A DNA stretch of 42,961 nt from Asterionella formosa (lineage: Eukaryota). Position numbers and translations under genes: made by a program. The notes under the pieces were generated by a model. That model ran no database searches, was not told the DNA's origin, and worked only from the letters and a program-made list of their open reading frames with translations. The stretch lies in contig NKIB01014492.1 in NCBI GenBank assembly GCA_002256025.1, positions 1 through 42,961 on the forward strand, written 5' to 3'. Below are positions 1-11,659 of this stretch, piece after piece; within the stretch, counting starts at the first letter, position 1, and the number at the start of each line of letters is the position of its first letter.

Positions 1-42
1 CTCCACACATGAGGGGAGTCCATAACACAACAACTAAGAAAC

Positions 43-2094
43 ATGACAACAATGAATAAAGTAAATCCTTTTGAGATTGACATACAAACAAAAAATGACA
101 ATGAGGACGACTGGGATGATTGGGACGACGACGACATTATGCAAGACATGGATGAATTAGGCAATGTCCTCTTGGTGCGGTCAGATGAAAATGAAGCTCC
201 AACTTCCACTCCTTCTGCTGCTGCGCCTTCTACTACAACGTATGGGCTGGTCTTGCTTGTTGTGGTAGCCTTGGTCTTGGGAATTTACTCGAGGACAAGC
301 CAGTCAACAACCACCATTTCGCTACAAGATACTACGCTCGACACGAATAGCAGTAGTAGTAGTTCCAACAATGTCAATACTGAGAAAGGACCATGGCATA
401 TAATCTTATTAGGAGAACGCCACAGTGGTCTTACATGGTTAAAAGCCAAGATGCGACATTGCTTTCCACAACTCGTGTTTGCTACCACGTTGTCACGAGC
501 TGGTACGTTTTTTCAAGAGGATCCACACACGTCAACTCCCAAAGTGATCATCCCTATTTTCCTAAATGTTTATGATTGGGTCAATGCCATGAAGGAGGCT
601 CCCATCTATGCTCCTAATCATAAACATTTGGACTGGTATTCATTTACAACACGTCCATGGTCTATTTACAATACAACCACTTCAATGCGTAATGACGACG
701 AGTATAATGATACTACTAAGGATTGCCAACATGGCTTTCAATTGCATCAAATACAACCATGTCAAGCAAGAAACGATGGTGCAGCCTATGAATTAGATAC
801 TCATGGCCATGTTTTTTCTGATATAATACATTTCAGAGCTGCCAAAATACATCAATGGTGTCATGGTATTGCTACATATCAAGGTGTCGAACATGTTATT
901 CCAGTACAATATGAGTCTGTCCTTGTGGACTTTGAAAAAGTACTTAAGCAAGTACAACAAATAACAGGACAAGATTGGAATTGTTCCATGAGTGATTCCG
1001 ACAAGGACGTTGAGAATGCGTTGGCACCGGTCTTTGGAAATCATAGTGAAATGGAGCTGAAGTATATAGATTGGTTGACGACACATGTGAATTGGCAGGT
1101 GGAACGATTGGTGGGGTATGAACCATGGAACACTAGTATTCCTGACAATTCAAGTGATGTTGACACTGATAAGGAGGAAAATGCAAATAGTATGGATATA
1201 ACAGACAATGAGGCAGATGGTAAAGATGTAGCCGACGATGAAAAAATATCAAGGGAGGATAATGCAACGAATACGGATGACATGACCTCGATCTCGAATG
1301 AACCAGGGAATACTATCGACACGCCTACCGGCTCCGTGACGGATGCCAAGGACGTGCATAGTAAATCATCAGATGAGATTGCTGGTATGTCTGATAATGA
1401 CCGTGCATCGACCCCGACTGCCAAGAAATCACCACACAAAACTCCAAAGAAAACAAAGGAACCGATAGTGGCAGCATCAGCGGATGAAAACCGTGACGAG
1501 ACCATGGCGCCCAAGGGAGTGCCAGTGATGACTCCAAATGGTACAAAGGCGCCAAAGGCTATAGTATCACCTGAAGGAGATAATGACGACATGTTGACTT
1601 CCCAAGAAACGCAGCATAAAACTCCAAGCCAGACTTCAGCACCGAAGACGTCAGCAACCACTCCAAGAGACGACAGTAACAAAAATGCATCGTCTGATGA
1701 CGACCATGCATCGACCTCGACCGCCACGAAATCACCACACAAAACTCCGAGGAAAACGAAGGAACCGATGGTGGTAGCACCAGCAGATGACAGCCGTGAC
1801 GGGACCTCGGCGCCCAAGGCAGTGCCAGTGATGACTCCAAGGGCTACAAAAGCGCCGAAGGCTATAGTCACACCTGAAGGAGATAATGATGATACGTTGA
1901 CGCCCAAAGAAGCTCAGCATAAAACTCCAAGAGACGAAAATAACAAAAATGCATCGTCTGATGACGACCATGCATCAACTTCGACTGCCCCGAAATCACC
2001 ACACAAAACTCCAAGGAAAACGAAGGAACCGATGGTGGTAGCACCAGCGGATGACAACCGTGACGAGACCTCGGCTCCCAAGGCAGCGCCATGA
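43..2094 (+). CDS. Type II membrane protein with a P-loop sulfotransferase-like domain and a C-terminal Thr/Pro/Lys/Asp-rich repeat tail
   Basis: 683-aa ORF with an acidic N-terminus and a TM segment (YGLVLLVVVALVLGIY). ILLGERHSGLTW resembles the sulfotransferase PAPS-binding loop (GxxxSGT); later NVYDWVNAM and VQYESV motifs. About 2.5 long repeats follow from ~1390. Confidence 0.75.
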   Translation: MTTMNKVNPFEIDIQTKNDNEDDWDDWDDDDIMQDMDELGNVLLVRSDENEAPTSTPSAAAPSTTTYGLVLLVVVALVLGIYSRTSQSTTTISLQDTTLDTNSSSSSSNNVNTEKGPWHIILLGERHSGLTWLKAKMRHCFPQLVFATTLSRAGTFFQEDPHTSTPKVIIPIFLNVYDWVNAMKEAPIYAPNHKHLDWYSFTTRPWSIYNTTTSMRNDDEYNDTTKDCQHGFQLHQIQPCQARNDGAAYELDTHGHVFSDIIHFRAAKIHQWCHGIATYQGVEHVIPVQYESVLVDFEKVLKQVQQITGQDWNCSMSDSDKDVENALAPVFGNHSEMELKYIDWLTTHVNWQVERLVGYEPWNTSIPDNSSDVDTDKEENANSMDITDNEADGKDVADDEKISREDNATNTDDMTSISNEPGNTIDTPTGSVTDAKDVHSKSSDEIAGMSDNDRASTPTAKKSPHKTPKKTKEPIVAASADENRDETMAPKGVPVMTPNGTKAPKAIVSPEGDNDDMLTSQETQHKTPSQTSAPKTSATTPRDDSNKNASSDDDHASTSTATKSPHKTPRKTKEPMVVAPADDSRDGTSAPKAVPVMTPRATKAPKAIVTPEGDNDDTLTPKEAQHKTPRDENNKNASSDDDHASTSTAPKSPHKTPRKTKEPMVVAPADDNRDETSAPKAAP

Positions 2095-2110
2095 AAGGAC
2101 TCCAAAAGCA
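1391..2110 (+). repeat. Intragenic tandem repeat with units starting at 1391, 1694 and 1958 (periods 303 and 264 bp)
   Basis: ctgat(a/g)a(t/c)gacc(g/a)tgcatc...aaatcaccacacaaaactcc recurs at all three positions. The second unit lacks 39 nt (SQTSAPKTSATTP). Confidence 0.9.
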
Positions 2111-2849
2111 ACTCTAGATGGTACAGTACCGAAACCGCATCGTCTTAAGGAATCAACAACAAAATGCATGTGAATCCCCCAACGAATATCCGTCGACTCG
2201 CCTGGTCAGACAGATACTACCGAGGGAGGGGGAAAAATCGACTATGCTGCGAAGGGAAGCGACGAGGGTTTCACTGTTCAATCCCCCTCATAACACAAAC
2301 TTGGCGCGTGCTCCAATCACGTTTCTATGGAGAAAAAGCACTGCAACGTATGATTCGGATACCACTGCTGTCCTTACAGTGGTACAAATTCGTGCTCGGG
2401 CTCCCATTTTCAGAATGTTAATTTGCTGGCTCTAATCAATATATATCGTTGTACAGTCTTCAAACGATATGTTGCCGTCTTGCAATTTCATTAGGTCAAC
2501 TTAGTATTTTCCTCGTATTGCTGTACTGTTCCGATTGCGCGAATTTGTACATCCAAATTGGCTACTAGCATGCGGGTGTACAGAAGTCATTTGTTGGAAG
2601 TAATTGATGTACTAACAACTATAGTGCGAAGGGTTTCATGTAGTGGGAACCTAACGTGGTACCAGCAGCTGACGTTAGTTCGAAATCAACAACCGAACAC
2701 ACCTACGCAAAACTCAAACCCAATAAAAAAAATTCTTGTTAAATTGATACAATACCTGTTCTCGGGTACTATATTCTCAGAGGAGGAGTCCATAGCATAA
2801 TACTTATCCTACAAATAAGCAATAGATAATGCGCTGCTTTCCAGACTAA

Positions 2850-3620
2850 TTATTGCACTCCATCTGTGTTTACTGTGGATGCAGAGGGGCGAATCATTTT
2901 GATTCGAGATTTTGTGGTGGAAGTGGGAAGCTCTCCTGCAATGCCATCCAGTACTCTATATGTCTTCATAATTTCTAGCCCCTCAACGATGCGATCCCCA
3001 TTATCCGTGTAGGCTCGACGATATCGACGTTTCACTCGTGCAACCTTCATAACCTTAGTGTCGCCAAAGATCCCTCCAGCCGCTCCCGTGATGCGAACCA
3101 ACTCGTCAAAACCCCAGCCTTCATCATTTGGAAGCTCAATGTGTCTCTGAACTACAGCAAGTTCTGTTGGACCATATGCTAGGGTGTTTGGCAAATTGAC
3201 ATTCCAATTCACTATATTGCCTTCATGTTGCCTGGAGAATGTTTCAAACCCTCTGTCCAGAACAATTCCCTCCTGGCTGCTGATGTAATTCGTAAGATAT
3301 ATTGCTTCTGGGTTTCTAAAATCCTCACTCAATCCCCCTAGAGCAATCCATGTTTGTTCGGCTTGCTCCGTGTCACCATCGACCTGTAGCAGTTCCCGCT
3401 GACAGCGCCACACACCAACCAAGGAGGGAGGATAAACAACGTCATTGACTATTGGTTTCAACGTGAGTAAATCAATACCGTCCCCAGCTCCCTCCACTCG
3501 GGATCCATATGCTCCACCTCTTCCTTCCATTGGCTGTGCTAAAACTGCTAATGCTGGTATAGGTATAGATATGACAAGATTGGCCATAGTTGTCATGACC
3601 GATCGTCGAACCAATGACAT
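2850..3620 (-). CDS. Conserved hypothetical protein, DUF6816-like (cyanobacterial/plastid type)
   Basis: VVYPPSLVGVWRC resembles the YPxWxxGxW start of DUF6816; also DRGFE and C-terminal KTYRV...STTKSR motifs. The start is placed at MSLVRR (3620) because the longer ORF overlaps the GST gene; the true start is uncertain. Confidence 0.6.
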   Translation of the reverse strand: MSLVRRSVMTTMANLVISIPIPALAVLAQPMEGRGGAYGSRVEGAGDGIDLLTLKPIVNDVVYPPSLVGVWRCQRELLQVDGDTEQAEQTWIALGGLSEDFRNPEAIYLTNYISSQEGIVLDRGFETFSRQHEGNIVNWNVNLPNTLAYGPTELAVVQRHIELPNDEGWGFDELVRITGAAGGIFGDTKVMKVARVKRRYRRAYTDNGDRIVEGLEIMKTYRVLDGIAGELPTSTTKSRIKMIRPSASTVNTDGVQ

Positions 3621-3735
3621 GATTCCAGAAGATTGGTACCTTCCTCGTATGCATGCATCTTTTTTGAACAGGTGATAACGAAATGAGATTGTGATAAAAC
3701 TTGAGAGGACTATAGGTATGTACAGTATAATACTC

Positions 3736-4593
3736 TTAAAACATACCGAAAAACTTCTTCTCGTCTTGAACCTTGTCTGGCATGTTTTTGAGAAATGCCA
3801 CAACGAAATTCTGAACAGGTCGACTGTAGGCCTTTCCATAGCAATCGCGAGAGGCACATCGAATCATGTAGTTGACAACGTTGGGCCATCGATTCAAGTT
3901 GATGTCTCTGAAAAACTGTGGAACAAACAGCAGGTAGGAGGAAACAGCAACATCGGCAAGTGAGAAACCCCCATCAACCAGATACTCCTGCTTTGAAAGC
4001 ACTGTTTCTAATGCATCCATGTGTTTGTTTGGATTCCGCAATTGAGTGCCAGAGCTATGTAAATGCAAATGACAAGTGACGACAATACCATTTGATGACA
4101 TTGAGATAATTTCAAGAAGAAAATATGAATTGATGGATCACAATACTTACATGAATCCTTTTTCGTTGTATACAAAACAAATTGAGTCTAACGACGCATT
4201 TGCCCACATAATCCATGACTCAATGGCAGCGCGATGCACCGTCTCAATCGGATTGATTTTCGAGAGGAGGTAGATCAAAATAGCGGCAGACTCAAAGATT
4301 ACGGCATCGTTGTCAACAAGACAGGGGATTTGCCCAAATGGATGTGGATTCCTCATACCTTCGGCAGAATCTTCAAAAGGCATGTCCAGTTCATAGGCTG
4401 CCCAGTTGATTGTGGGTGATCTTGAACCGGGTTGGCCGTAAATAGTCATTTTCCCCATATCAAGGCTGGTATTGATCCAATGTCGTCTGGAGCTGGGCAA
4501 GTACCGGTACGCGGAACGCAACAATGCATCTGCATCAGATATCATCCATGTCATCATCAACAGCAGATGGCTTACGAGGAGGAATTTCATCAT
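3736..4593 (-). CDS. Glutathione S-transferase with N-terminal signal/transit presequence (2 exons)
   Basis: Exons 4593-4151 and 4054-3736 with a GT-AG intron at 4150-4055; the join is in frame (..KGFI-SGTQ..). GST motifs: PGSRSP, HPFGQIPCL, FESAAILIYL, YLVDGGFSLADVAV, RWPNV. Hydrophobic leader MMKFLLVSHLLL. Confidence 0.92.
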
Positions 4594-4793
4594 CCCTATG
4601 GTTTGTTACAGCATGAGAGATGCTGTCTTCAGTATTGCAGTGTATGCAGCTTCTTAGGACAGTCCAGTTTGTTCTCACTAGGACATGTCGATGAACTCCT
4701 GACACTCTGCCGCAAGAGTATTTCTTGACTGATGATGCGAGGACAGGTGCACAGTGCATTGCTCCGTAAACAATATACTGGAGGAAAACTTCT

Positions 4794-4992
4794 GCAAGTT
4801 GCGGTCATTTTGCTTTAAACTACATAACAATTTAATCAGGGATAATAAAGGTAGCTAAATCTTTTTTTTAGCAAAATTACCGCAACTTGCTGGTATTTCG
4901 ATGTTTCGTCCCCCTAACCCTACCGGTAGACTCTTCCAAGGTAGCTAGCATCTGAAGATAAGGGCTAGGGTTAGGGGGAAGAAATACCGAAA
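4794..4992. repeat. Two adjacent inverted-repeat pairs, the second containing CCCTAA/TTAGGG units; probable MITE relic
   Basis: gcaagttgcggtcattttgct (4794-4814) pairs with agcaaaattaccgcaacttgc (4870-4890) with 1 mismatch. tttcgatgtttcgtcccctaacccta (~4896-4922) pairs with tagggttagggggaagaaataccgaaa (~4966-4992). Confidence 0.6.
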
Positions 4993-5737
4993 TCATTGCA
5001 AAGACACAACAGTTTGCATTTTTGCATCAGCCATACCGGTATTCGACTTTTACATTTATATACGCACGATCCCATCCTCGTCAAATATAAGAACAAACTC
5101 AATACATAGAGTGCATACGACCACACGTCGACACATACCTGATGTCCGTTATCGTAGCGTTATTTTCAAATGTTTCATCCGCTGCTGCTGCTGCTGTGCG
5201 TGATGGCTGCATTTGCTGAGCAATGCGTGAATGCTTCCATTCGAAAGGTTCGACAGTGGACAAACAATCATAGCAGGTTTTCGTGTAATAAAAATCCGTC
5301 CCAGGGCGCACATTCAAGAATGATACTGACCCTTCCGGACGGGCAAGCTTGAACAGGAAAGGGGTGCAGTCAGTTCGATCATGGATTACTATTATATCAA
5401 ACATCGGCGACAAAGTGGATGATTCAATTCATGACAGGTTGTTGCTTCAACTAATTTTAGCGGCCCCTGCATTTTCCTCTAGACACATCTTGACGTGGGT
5501 TTCGCCTTCTCCCTCTCTTTTCAGCAAAGACCATGCTATAGGAGCGCCTTCTCGAATATTTCTCGGGGAGATTACCAGTGGCCTCTCGCGGAAAGCAAGG
5601 GACGATGGGAATCAAGTAGCGAGAATTTTGCTGACAAGAAACGACTCCTAGACCTGTTATATGACTCAATGCCACTTGCGTTTTGTTTGACAGCCAATGC
5701 TGGATATAGAATTCAATTATTGCGATTATTATTCCAG

Positions 5738-6641
5738 CTACTCTGTATATAGGATATCGTAATGGCCAGGTCGATAGAGCAATGTCAACACAGTTTTACT
5801 TGTTTCTGGTCCAAATTCGTGCTTTATCAATTTCCCAGCGACCAGTTCTCTTCCATCCATGTATTCAATGTTCACTTTGATCCCCAAACTTTCTGCCAAA
5901 GCTAATACTTGTACCATCCCACATTCCTTTCCCATAGGTTCTACTTCACGGGAGCAAAACGTTGCAATGTCGTAGTAGTCACCGTCAAGAAAGTGAACAA
6001 AGCGGTCTGGATCAGATTTCAAATGCGCTGCCGTCAGAACTCGTAAGAACCAAGTACAATAGTCAGATGTGGAATTTTCTTTATTGAGGGTCATATGTAG
6101 CTCAGCAAATGATGAATTAGCAAGACCCTGTAAAAGCTCGATGATCTCTTCCCAAAACATTTCCATTGTAAATCGTTCGTAACCTAGTGACTCGACTTCA
6201 TCCATTGATTTCATTACTGAAAGTGGTAGAAAAAAGCATTAGCGTGGGATATGAACAATGGAATTGTGTTGATACATAGATGAAAAAGCCTCCAAAAAAA
6301 ATTCTTTCAAAACGAGTCAATCCTACAATCTCGGCTCCATTTGACTCACCAAGTTCAGAAACTCTATTCAGTTCTTCGGGATCCTTCTTCAAGTGCTCAC
6401 ATAGGGAGTACAGAAACGCCCTATAATAACAATTCCCGTCTCCTCGAACGCATCTCATCCCGTTGTAGCAAGACTCGAGATATTCCACGCCTTTGCTAAA
6501 GTTGGAACCATTTTCATAACGTTTCTTCAGAGCGGCAATGCCGGCTTTGTCGGCGCAAAGAGGATGGTTCTCTCGGATTTCTGTTTCAATAGCTTCGACT
6601 TGCGCCTCTGTCTGACGGCGTTTGTCTTGCTCCTCGGACAT
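5738..6641 (-). CDS. OTUB1: Otubain-family deubiquitinase (peptidase C65), 2 exons
   Basis: Exons 6641-6350 and 6216-5738 with an intron at 6349-6217 (gtgagt...ttcag), joined in frame. Catalytic motifs RGDGNCYYRAF and LYRPGHYDILY; also FCSREVEPM. Confidence 0.95.
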
Positions 6642-8334
6642 GCTCTTGCTTTATTGTGATAGTAGACTGCGTATGAACTAATGATAGAGCTGTATGAAGG
6701 AGGATCGCAGTATACTTGTTCGCATTGCAATTACTTTAATTGGCTACCCTGGTACTACAGTGAGGATTATGTCTGTGGATTTCGCCTCACACATGTACTA
6801 TTTATATTATAGACAACGGCATACTGGTGCTTAGGCCGTGCTCCTTACACGAACAACACGGTGCCCGAAATACAAAGATTGACTCAAAGGGATACCAGGT
6901 ACCCGGTACCGGTACCACGTGTTCGAGAAATTATCTTAGAAGACATCCCGGTATGAAATTACCTACATACGTACACATATTTTATGTTGAATCGAATGAA
7001 TCAAAAAGAATACCAGGTATGGTACGTACCAAAATCAGAATCCGAGAACAATCTGCGCCAACAGTAAAACCATACCGGTAAAATAAAATTAAAACTTTTA
7101 GGAATGATTACAATCGATCTCTGTAACATCGTTGTTCATATCTACAGCCTATTTGGTCCCTGAAATGTCCTTACAAGATACAAGAAAGCAATAGAAGGCT
7201 TCAGGATGCAATTTCAACAATGCCTGTGCCTGGTGTTGGGCATAGAATCTTCGCAGTTTGCCTCCTTACAGGGCTAAATAACTCGCAAATCTCACCAAAT
7301 AAGAAGATTAATCTTCTTCATCGCTGATATTGAATCAATCTTTGTATTTCGACGATTAATTTTTGGGCAAATGAAAATTATCTCCATCAATCAGGATGTT
7401 TTAAATGAAATCTCTTTATCGGCAACATCAGAGGGAATATATAGGACAGCCTAACCCCATCGACTTCCTCAGAGCGTCTACTAATTGAGTCTATCGAATC
7501 TGATAGACTTGATATAAAATCTCCCCCTTCAAAAGCAAAAGCAAAATGTAAATCAAAGGCAACTCCAGACATGGTTGCCAATCCGGAAGAAGCAGTCCAT
7601 GACTTGTCACCAAAGAGTTCCGAAATTGTAGGAGTGATTGGGAAAGTAAATAAAGAATAGGTTGAGGAGGAAAGTTATTTGTCCCACTTATCCAGTAAGG
7701 AGTTGGAAATATTCAAACAGGACATGGTCGCGAGTCTGAATGTAGTTCATGGGTGCATTTGGTGGCATATTGTTGTATTTCTGATGTAGTCTAAAATCTT
7801 GAGGAAAGTGAGTTTTCCATAAATCATAGCTGGTCCTATATGATTCCGAAATTTCTTGAAGTTTCAAATGATGTTTTGTTAAGCAAGCCAGACTCTAGGA
7901 CCACATAGAATTTGTTGAGAACAAAATCCAGGACACTGTCATCTAGTCTCTTCTCCTTGCCTTTGTCATCATGATCAAAGTATCTAACCAGTAAGAGTCG
8001 TTCCTTACTCTTCCATTGTCTCTTGAACAGACATAAAATACGCCATAGAAACACGTTTTTCCTGATTGAAAAATCTGCGATCGGTATCCCCTTCACAACC
8101 AAGATCGTTCCATTCCTTGTAGCACTTGGAACATTTGCCATTCCAGATAACAAGTGATATATTGCACTATCGATAGTGTGCAAATGTTAAGTTGTCAAGA
8201 GAAATGTGACTGTAACAGAACAAGGAAGCAGAAAGGGATAATGGTCTGTCAACTACTATAGGATTAGACAGTGGGCAAGTGCGGCTGGATCGGAAGCGAT
8301 GCAGCACCGACATACTCCGTAATAGACATAAGAT

Positions 8335-8507
8335 TGGTAGCGCAAAGCTACAGTTTCATAGTACCAGCTTAGTAATAGGTACAGTTTCACTGTAGCCACG
8401 TCATGTTATGACCGGGTATTGAGACAAGGGGAAGAATGGAATGCTGGTAGGGCAAACCTACAGTTTCACAGTACCAGCGTAGTAATAGGTACAGTTTCAC
8501 AGTACCA
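8335..8507 (+). repeat. Direct repeat of ~56 bp (8335 and 8445), each containing a duplicated tacagtttca(c/t)agtacca subunit
   Basis: tggtagcgcaaagctacagtttcatagtaccagcttagtaataggtacagtttcac versus tggtagggcaaacctacagtttcacagtaccagcgtagtaataggtacagtttcac. Confidence 0.8.
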
Positions 8508-9082
8508 AGTATTCGAATTCCTGTTAAGTCTTGTATATTTTATCTAATCATACATACTGGTAGGGTATTAAATGTTTCTTCGAAAAAGTTACTAGACATA
8601 CAGAGAAGTATGTTATATACACTTTTTGAAGAAGAGGAAATGTTGAGATATTGTTAAAAAAATTCATGCCGGTAATGCATTCTATTCCACATAACAAACT
8701 GATGAGGGAATGGTGATCGAGAGCCTTCTACCGGTATCAAACCAACCGGTGAGAAGATGTAATTTATATGATTGTTTTGCTTCTCAACTGGTGTGGCTAG
8801 CTACCAAGGGGCTTATGATTGGTACTGTGTGAGACCGGAAGCAAACTATAAAATTGTATCACTGTTAGTGTGCGCTGCTACCACTCAAAGTTTCTACACT
8901 TCCTCAGGACGAACGATAAAAATCAACCTAATTACGAGGTAAGAAACCGCACTTAATATCTTTTTGCACAATGCTGCAGAGGGTTTGTAGTGTCTGTGTC
9001 CAATAATTTGGATTTCGACATTAATAGCATCTTTCCCTTCCAGATATGCAGATGTGAGGGTTTACAACGCTACCTGTTACCC

Positions 9083-9518
9083 ATCAATCAACAGTGAGAG
9101 CATAGGTAAGTTACTATACTCTCATTTGATGCTCGTTGTTATGTCGATTGGATTATATAGATTGTTTATGTCATCAGTTCGTGGCACATGTGTGGCTGGA
9201 GATGCTTTAATCGTTGCAACACTTTTGCTTAAATTGATATTATCTCCTCAAAGTCATACAGGAAACTTGGAGAATGTGGCTTGCTACCATTCTTAATGGA
9301 AGCAACAATCAACCATGAGAGCACAGGTAAGTTATATGCACATTGCCTGCTCATACGGAAATTGGAGTGATGGATTGTTCATGTGATCGTTTCGTTGCAC
9401 ATATCTTCGTTCTGATGCCTTGCTTACTTGATGCAACATTTTTGCTAACATTGTTGTTATTATCTCTTACAGGAAAGTCGTACAAGAACATTGGAGAATG
9501 TGACTTGCTGCCATTCGC
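9083..9518 (+). repeat. Diverged ~220-bp tandem duplication with intron-like internal structure
   Basis: atcaacagtgagagcataggtaagtta...ttggagaatgtggcttgctaccattc is followed by atcaaccatgagagcacaggtaagtta...ttggagaatgtgacttgctgccattc. Confidence 0.7.
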
Positions 9519-9629
9519 AATTGTAGAGGTTCGAATAAAGCATCATCAATTTCGTTTACTCTCTCATTTCATTTTGAAAAAGCAATGATCTAAGAAACAT
9601 AGCTACCGAAAGTGAAAATTAAGGTATTG

Positions 9630-10048
9630 AAGACCACTGTGTTCTCATTCTGATAGAGGATGCACAGTGAAAAGTATGGGTGACCAGAAGTAGAATATTT
9701 GAGTATTAATTAGCAATCCATTTAATTCGATTTTTGTTCATCATTGCTCGAACATGATAATAGGTTTGATCAATGAGAGAAATAAGTCAGATCAGTAGTA
9801 ATGAACGTTAGCTAGATCGAAAGCGAAAAATTCTATTTGATATTAGCACTCCAAAGGTTAGACCGAATGAATAACTGATTTGGTCTCACAATAACTACTA
9901 TCTTTAGATCGAACACCAAAACGTTAGTTGATATCAATCATTTTTTTGTATGATCAATCAGTAATTCTGTATGATCAATCAGTTTTCTTGTATGATCAAT
10001 CAAAAAATAATACGTCATACTGAGAATTTTTGGGGCAGTGGGTCTTAC
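9630..10048. mobile_element. Possible degenerate MITE with internal ~21-bp tandem repeats
   Basis: Imperfect terminal inversion: aagaccactg..ttctcattctga versus tcatactgagaa..cagtgggtctt. tgtatgatcaatca occurs three times at ~9947-10002. It lies beside the Harbinger relic. Confidence 0.35.
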
Positions 10049-10449
10049 AGCAAAACTGTTAGGCCAAACTGATTAGTATTTACAGACGCCAGCAATATTT
10101 CCATCACTAGCTAGTATTATTATAATTAACATGATTCTTATCATTATTATTATTATAATTATAGCTATTATTAGTTTATAATGGCAACATGAGTTTTCCA
10201 CCAATGTTGTTGTCAAGATTCCAGGAGCAATATCAACAACGAGCTGTGTCCAGCTATAGAAAGAAAAGTGGTTGTCATGGCAACTACCAGCCGCCTTGCC
10301 AGCTGCTTTGCGCAACGAGCTGGTATCCCAGTTCATTTTACAACTGGATATGAACACAAGAGGAAACAAGTGTCAAATCGACAATCTTTACAACCGAACA
10401 GCAAAGGCTAACCAAAGTAAAAGGAAACATGTTCATGCTCCAAAACAAG

Positions 10450-11659
10450 ACTCATGTTTGTGGAAGAAGTTCCTCATACTAGAGGAAAAGCGCATTTTAC
10501 AAATTGGACCATACAACATGGGAAGGAAGACTTTTTTGGCAGATTTTTCGGTTTCAATAAAGTGTATTCTGTGTGCTGTATGACATGACAATCTCAAATG
10601 GATGGTATAATCCATTGAAGAAAGATTGCAACAATCTTCTTTGCAAGGATCTCTACTTGCTCTTACTTGGTGTTCTATGCCCAAATACATTCTTAGTAAC
10701 TGGTGGTGCTTCCCATTTGTATGTGATTATACAAACTGAAATCTCCAGAGAAGTGCACAGAAAAATTTTCCTTTATTGGACTGCGAAATTTGCAGAAAAG
10801 AAGAGCGATTAAATATACATAGTACTGGATGATGAGTAATTGGAACAGGATGAGCACCTTAAACGAATTCTACATGAATACCTTCTCTTGGACTTTCAGG
10901 GTGTATAGGCTCAGTTGTTTTTTGTGCATATTTGATGGAATCGATGTCACTTCTACCAAAAGAATAAAATTCCAAGGGGGATACATCAGTCACTTTTGAG
11001 GTGGTTTCTGATCACAGAAGGAAGGCCGATTTGCTTAGTCAATCAGCTACCGACACCCAGGAACAAGCAGAAATGACAAATAAAAAGTCAAATTCGATGC
11101 GCTGTTTCCAATCTAAATGATATTTATGCTTTTCTTGGCAGGCAAGAGTGGCATGTGCTCTCTGATAATTCATCTATTCCATGTACAGGCTACTATTTTA
11201 CATGTGATGGCGGGCGGATACTACCTATCATGATGGCCAGCGTTAATTTTTCTAATAAAGTATGGCAATGAACATGAAAAAAGGGCTTGGGGTATGATGG
11301 TGAAGTCTGTTCGAAAAGACATTGAGTGTCCTTTTGGTGCATTGAAAGGTCAATGGCTATCAAAAACTGGAACAACCTGAGATGACCCAAGCATATCAAA
11401 AATGTGTTCACATCATGCTGTATGCTCAATAATATGCTATTTTACAGTGATGGACACTTGGACAGTGAAGCTTCTGACAAACAGCATCTCGCTCGATTTC
11501 ATTGTGCAAGGAGACTGCATGGAATTACATGTTCAATCTATACACCGCAACTTTGATGAAATCACTGCCATCAGAAAACAAAACAAATGGTGGAATCGAA
11601 CCCAATTACTTGTAAATCATTATCACGAATTTCGTAAAAGTAGTAAAATAGCAAGGTAG
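10450..11659 (+). mobile_element. PIF/Harbinger (DDE_Tnp_4-like) transposase pseudogene
   Basis: Motifs appear in order across frameshifts: EISREVHRKIF, GCIGSV..VHI*WNRC (~10899-10937), SVTFEVVSDHRR, HPGT..NDK, CDGG, KSVRKDIECPFGALK (11303-11347), NVFTSCCMLNNML. Confidence 0.85.

Noticed and set aside
1041..1907. 288-aa minus-strand ORF
   Set aside because: Antisense shadow of the repetitive tail of the plus-strand gene.
3621..3857. N-terminal extension of the 335-aa ORF
   Set aside because: It overlaps GST exon 2 in another frame, so it is not accepted as coding without transcript data.
7100..8190. Broken coding-like minus-strand segments, including the 115-aa ORF
   Set aside because: Probably a TE or gene relic, but no recognisable motif supports a call.
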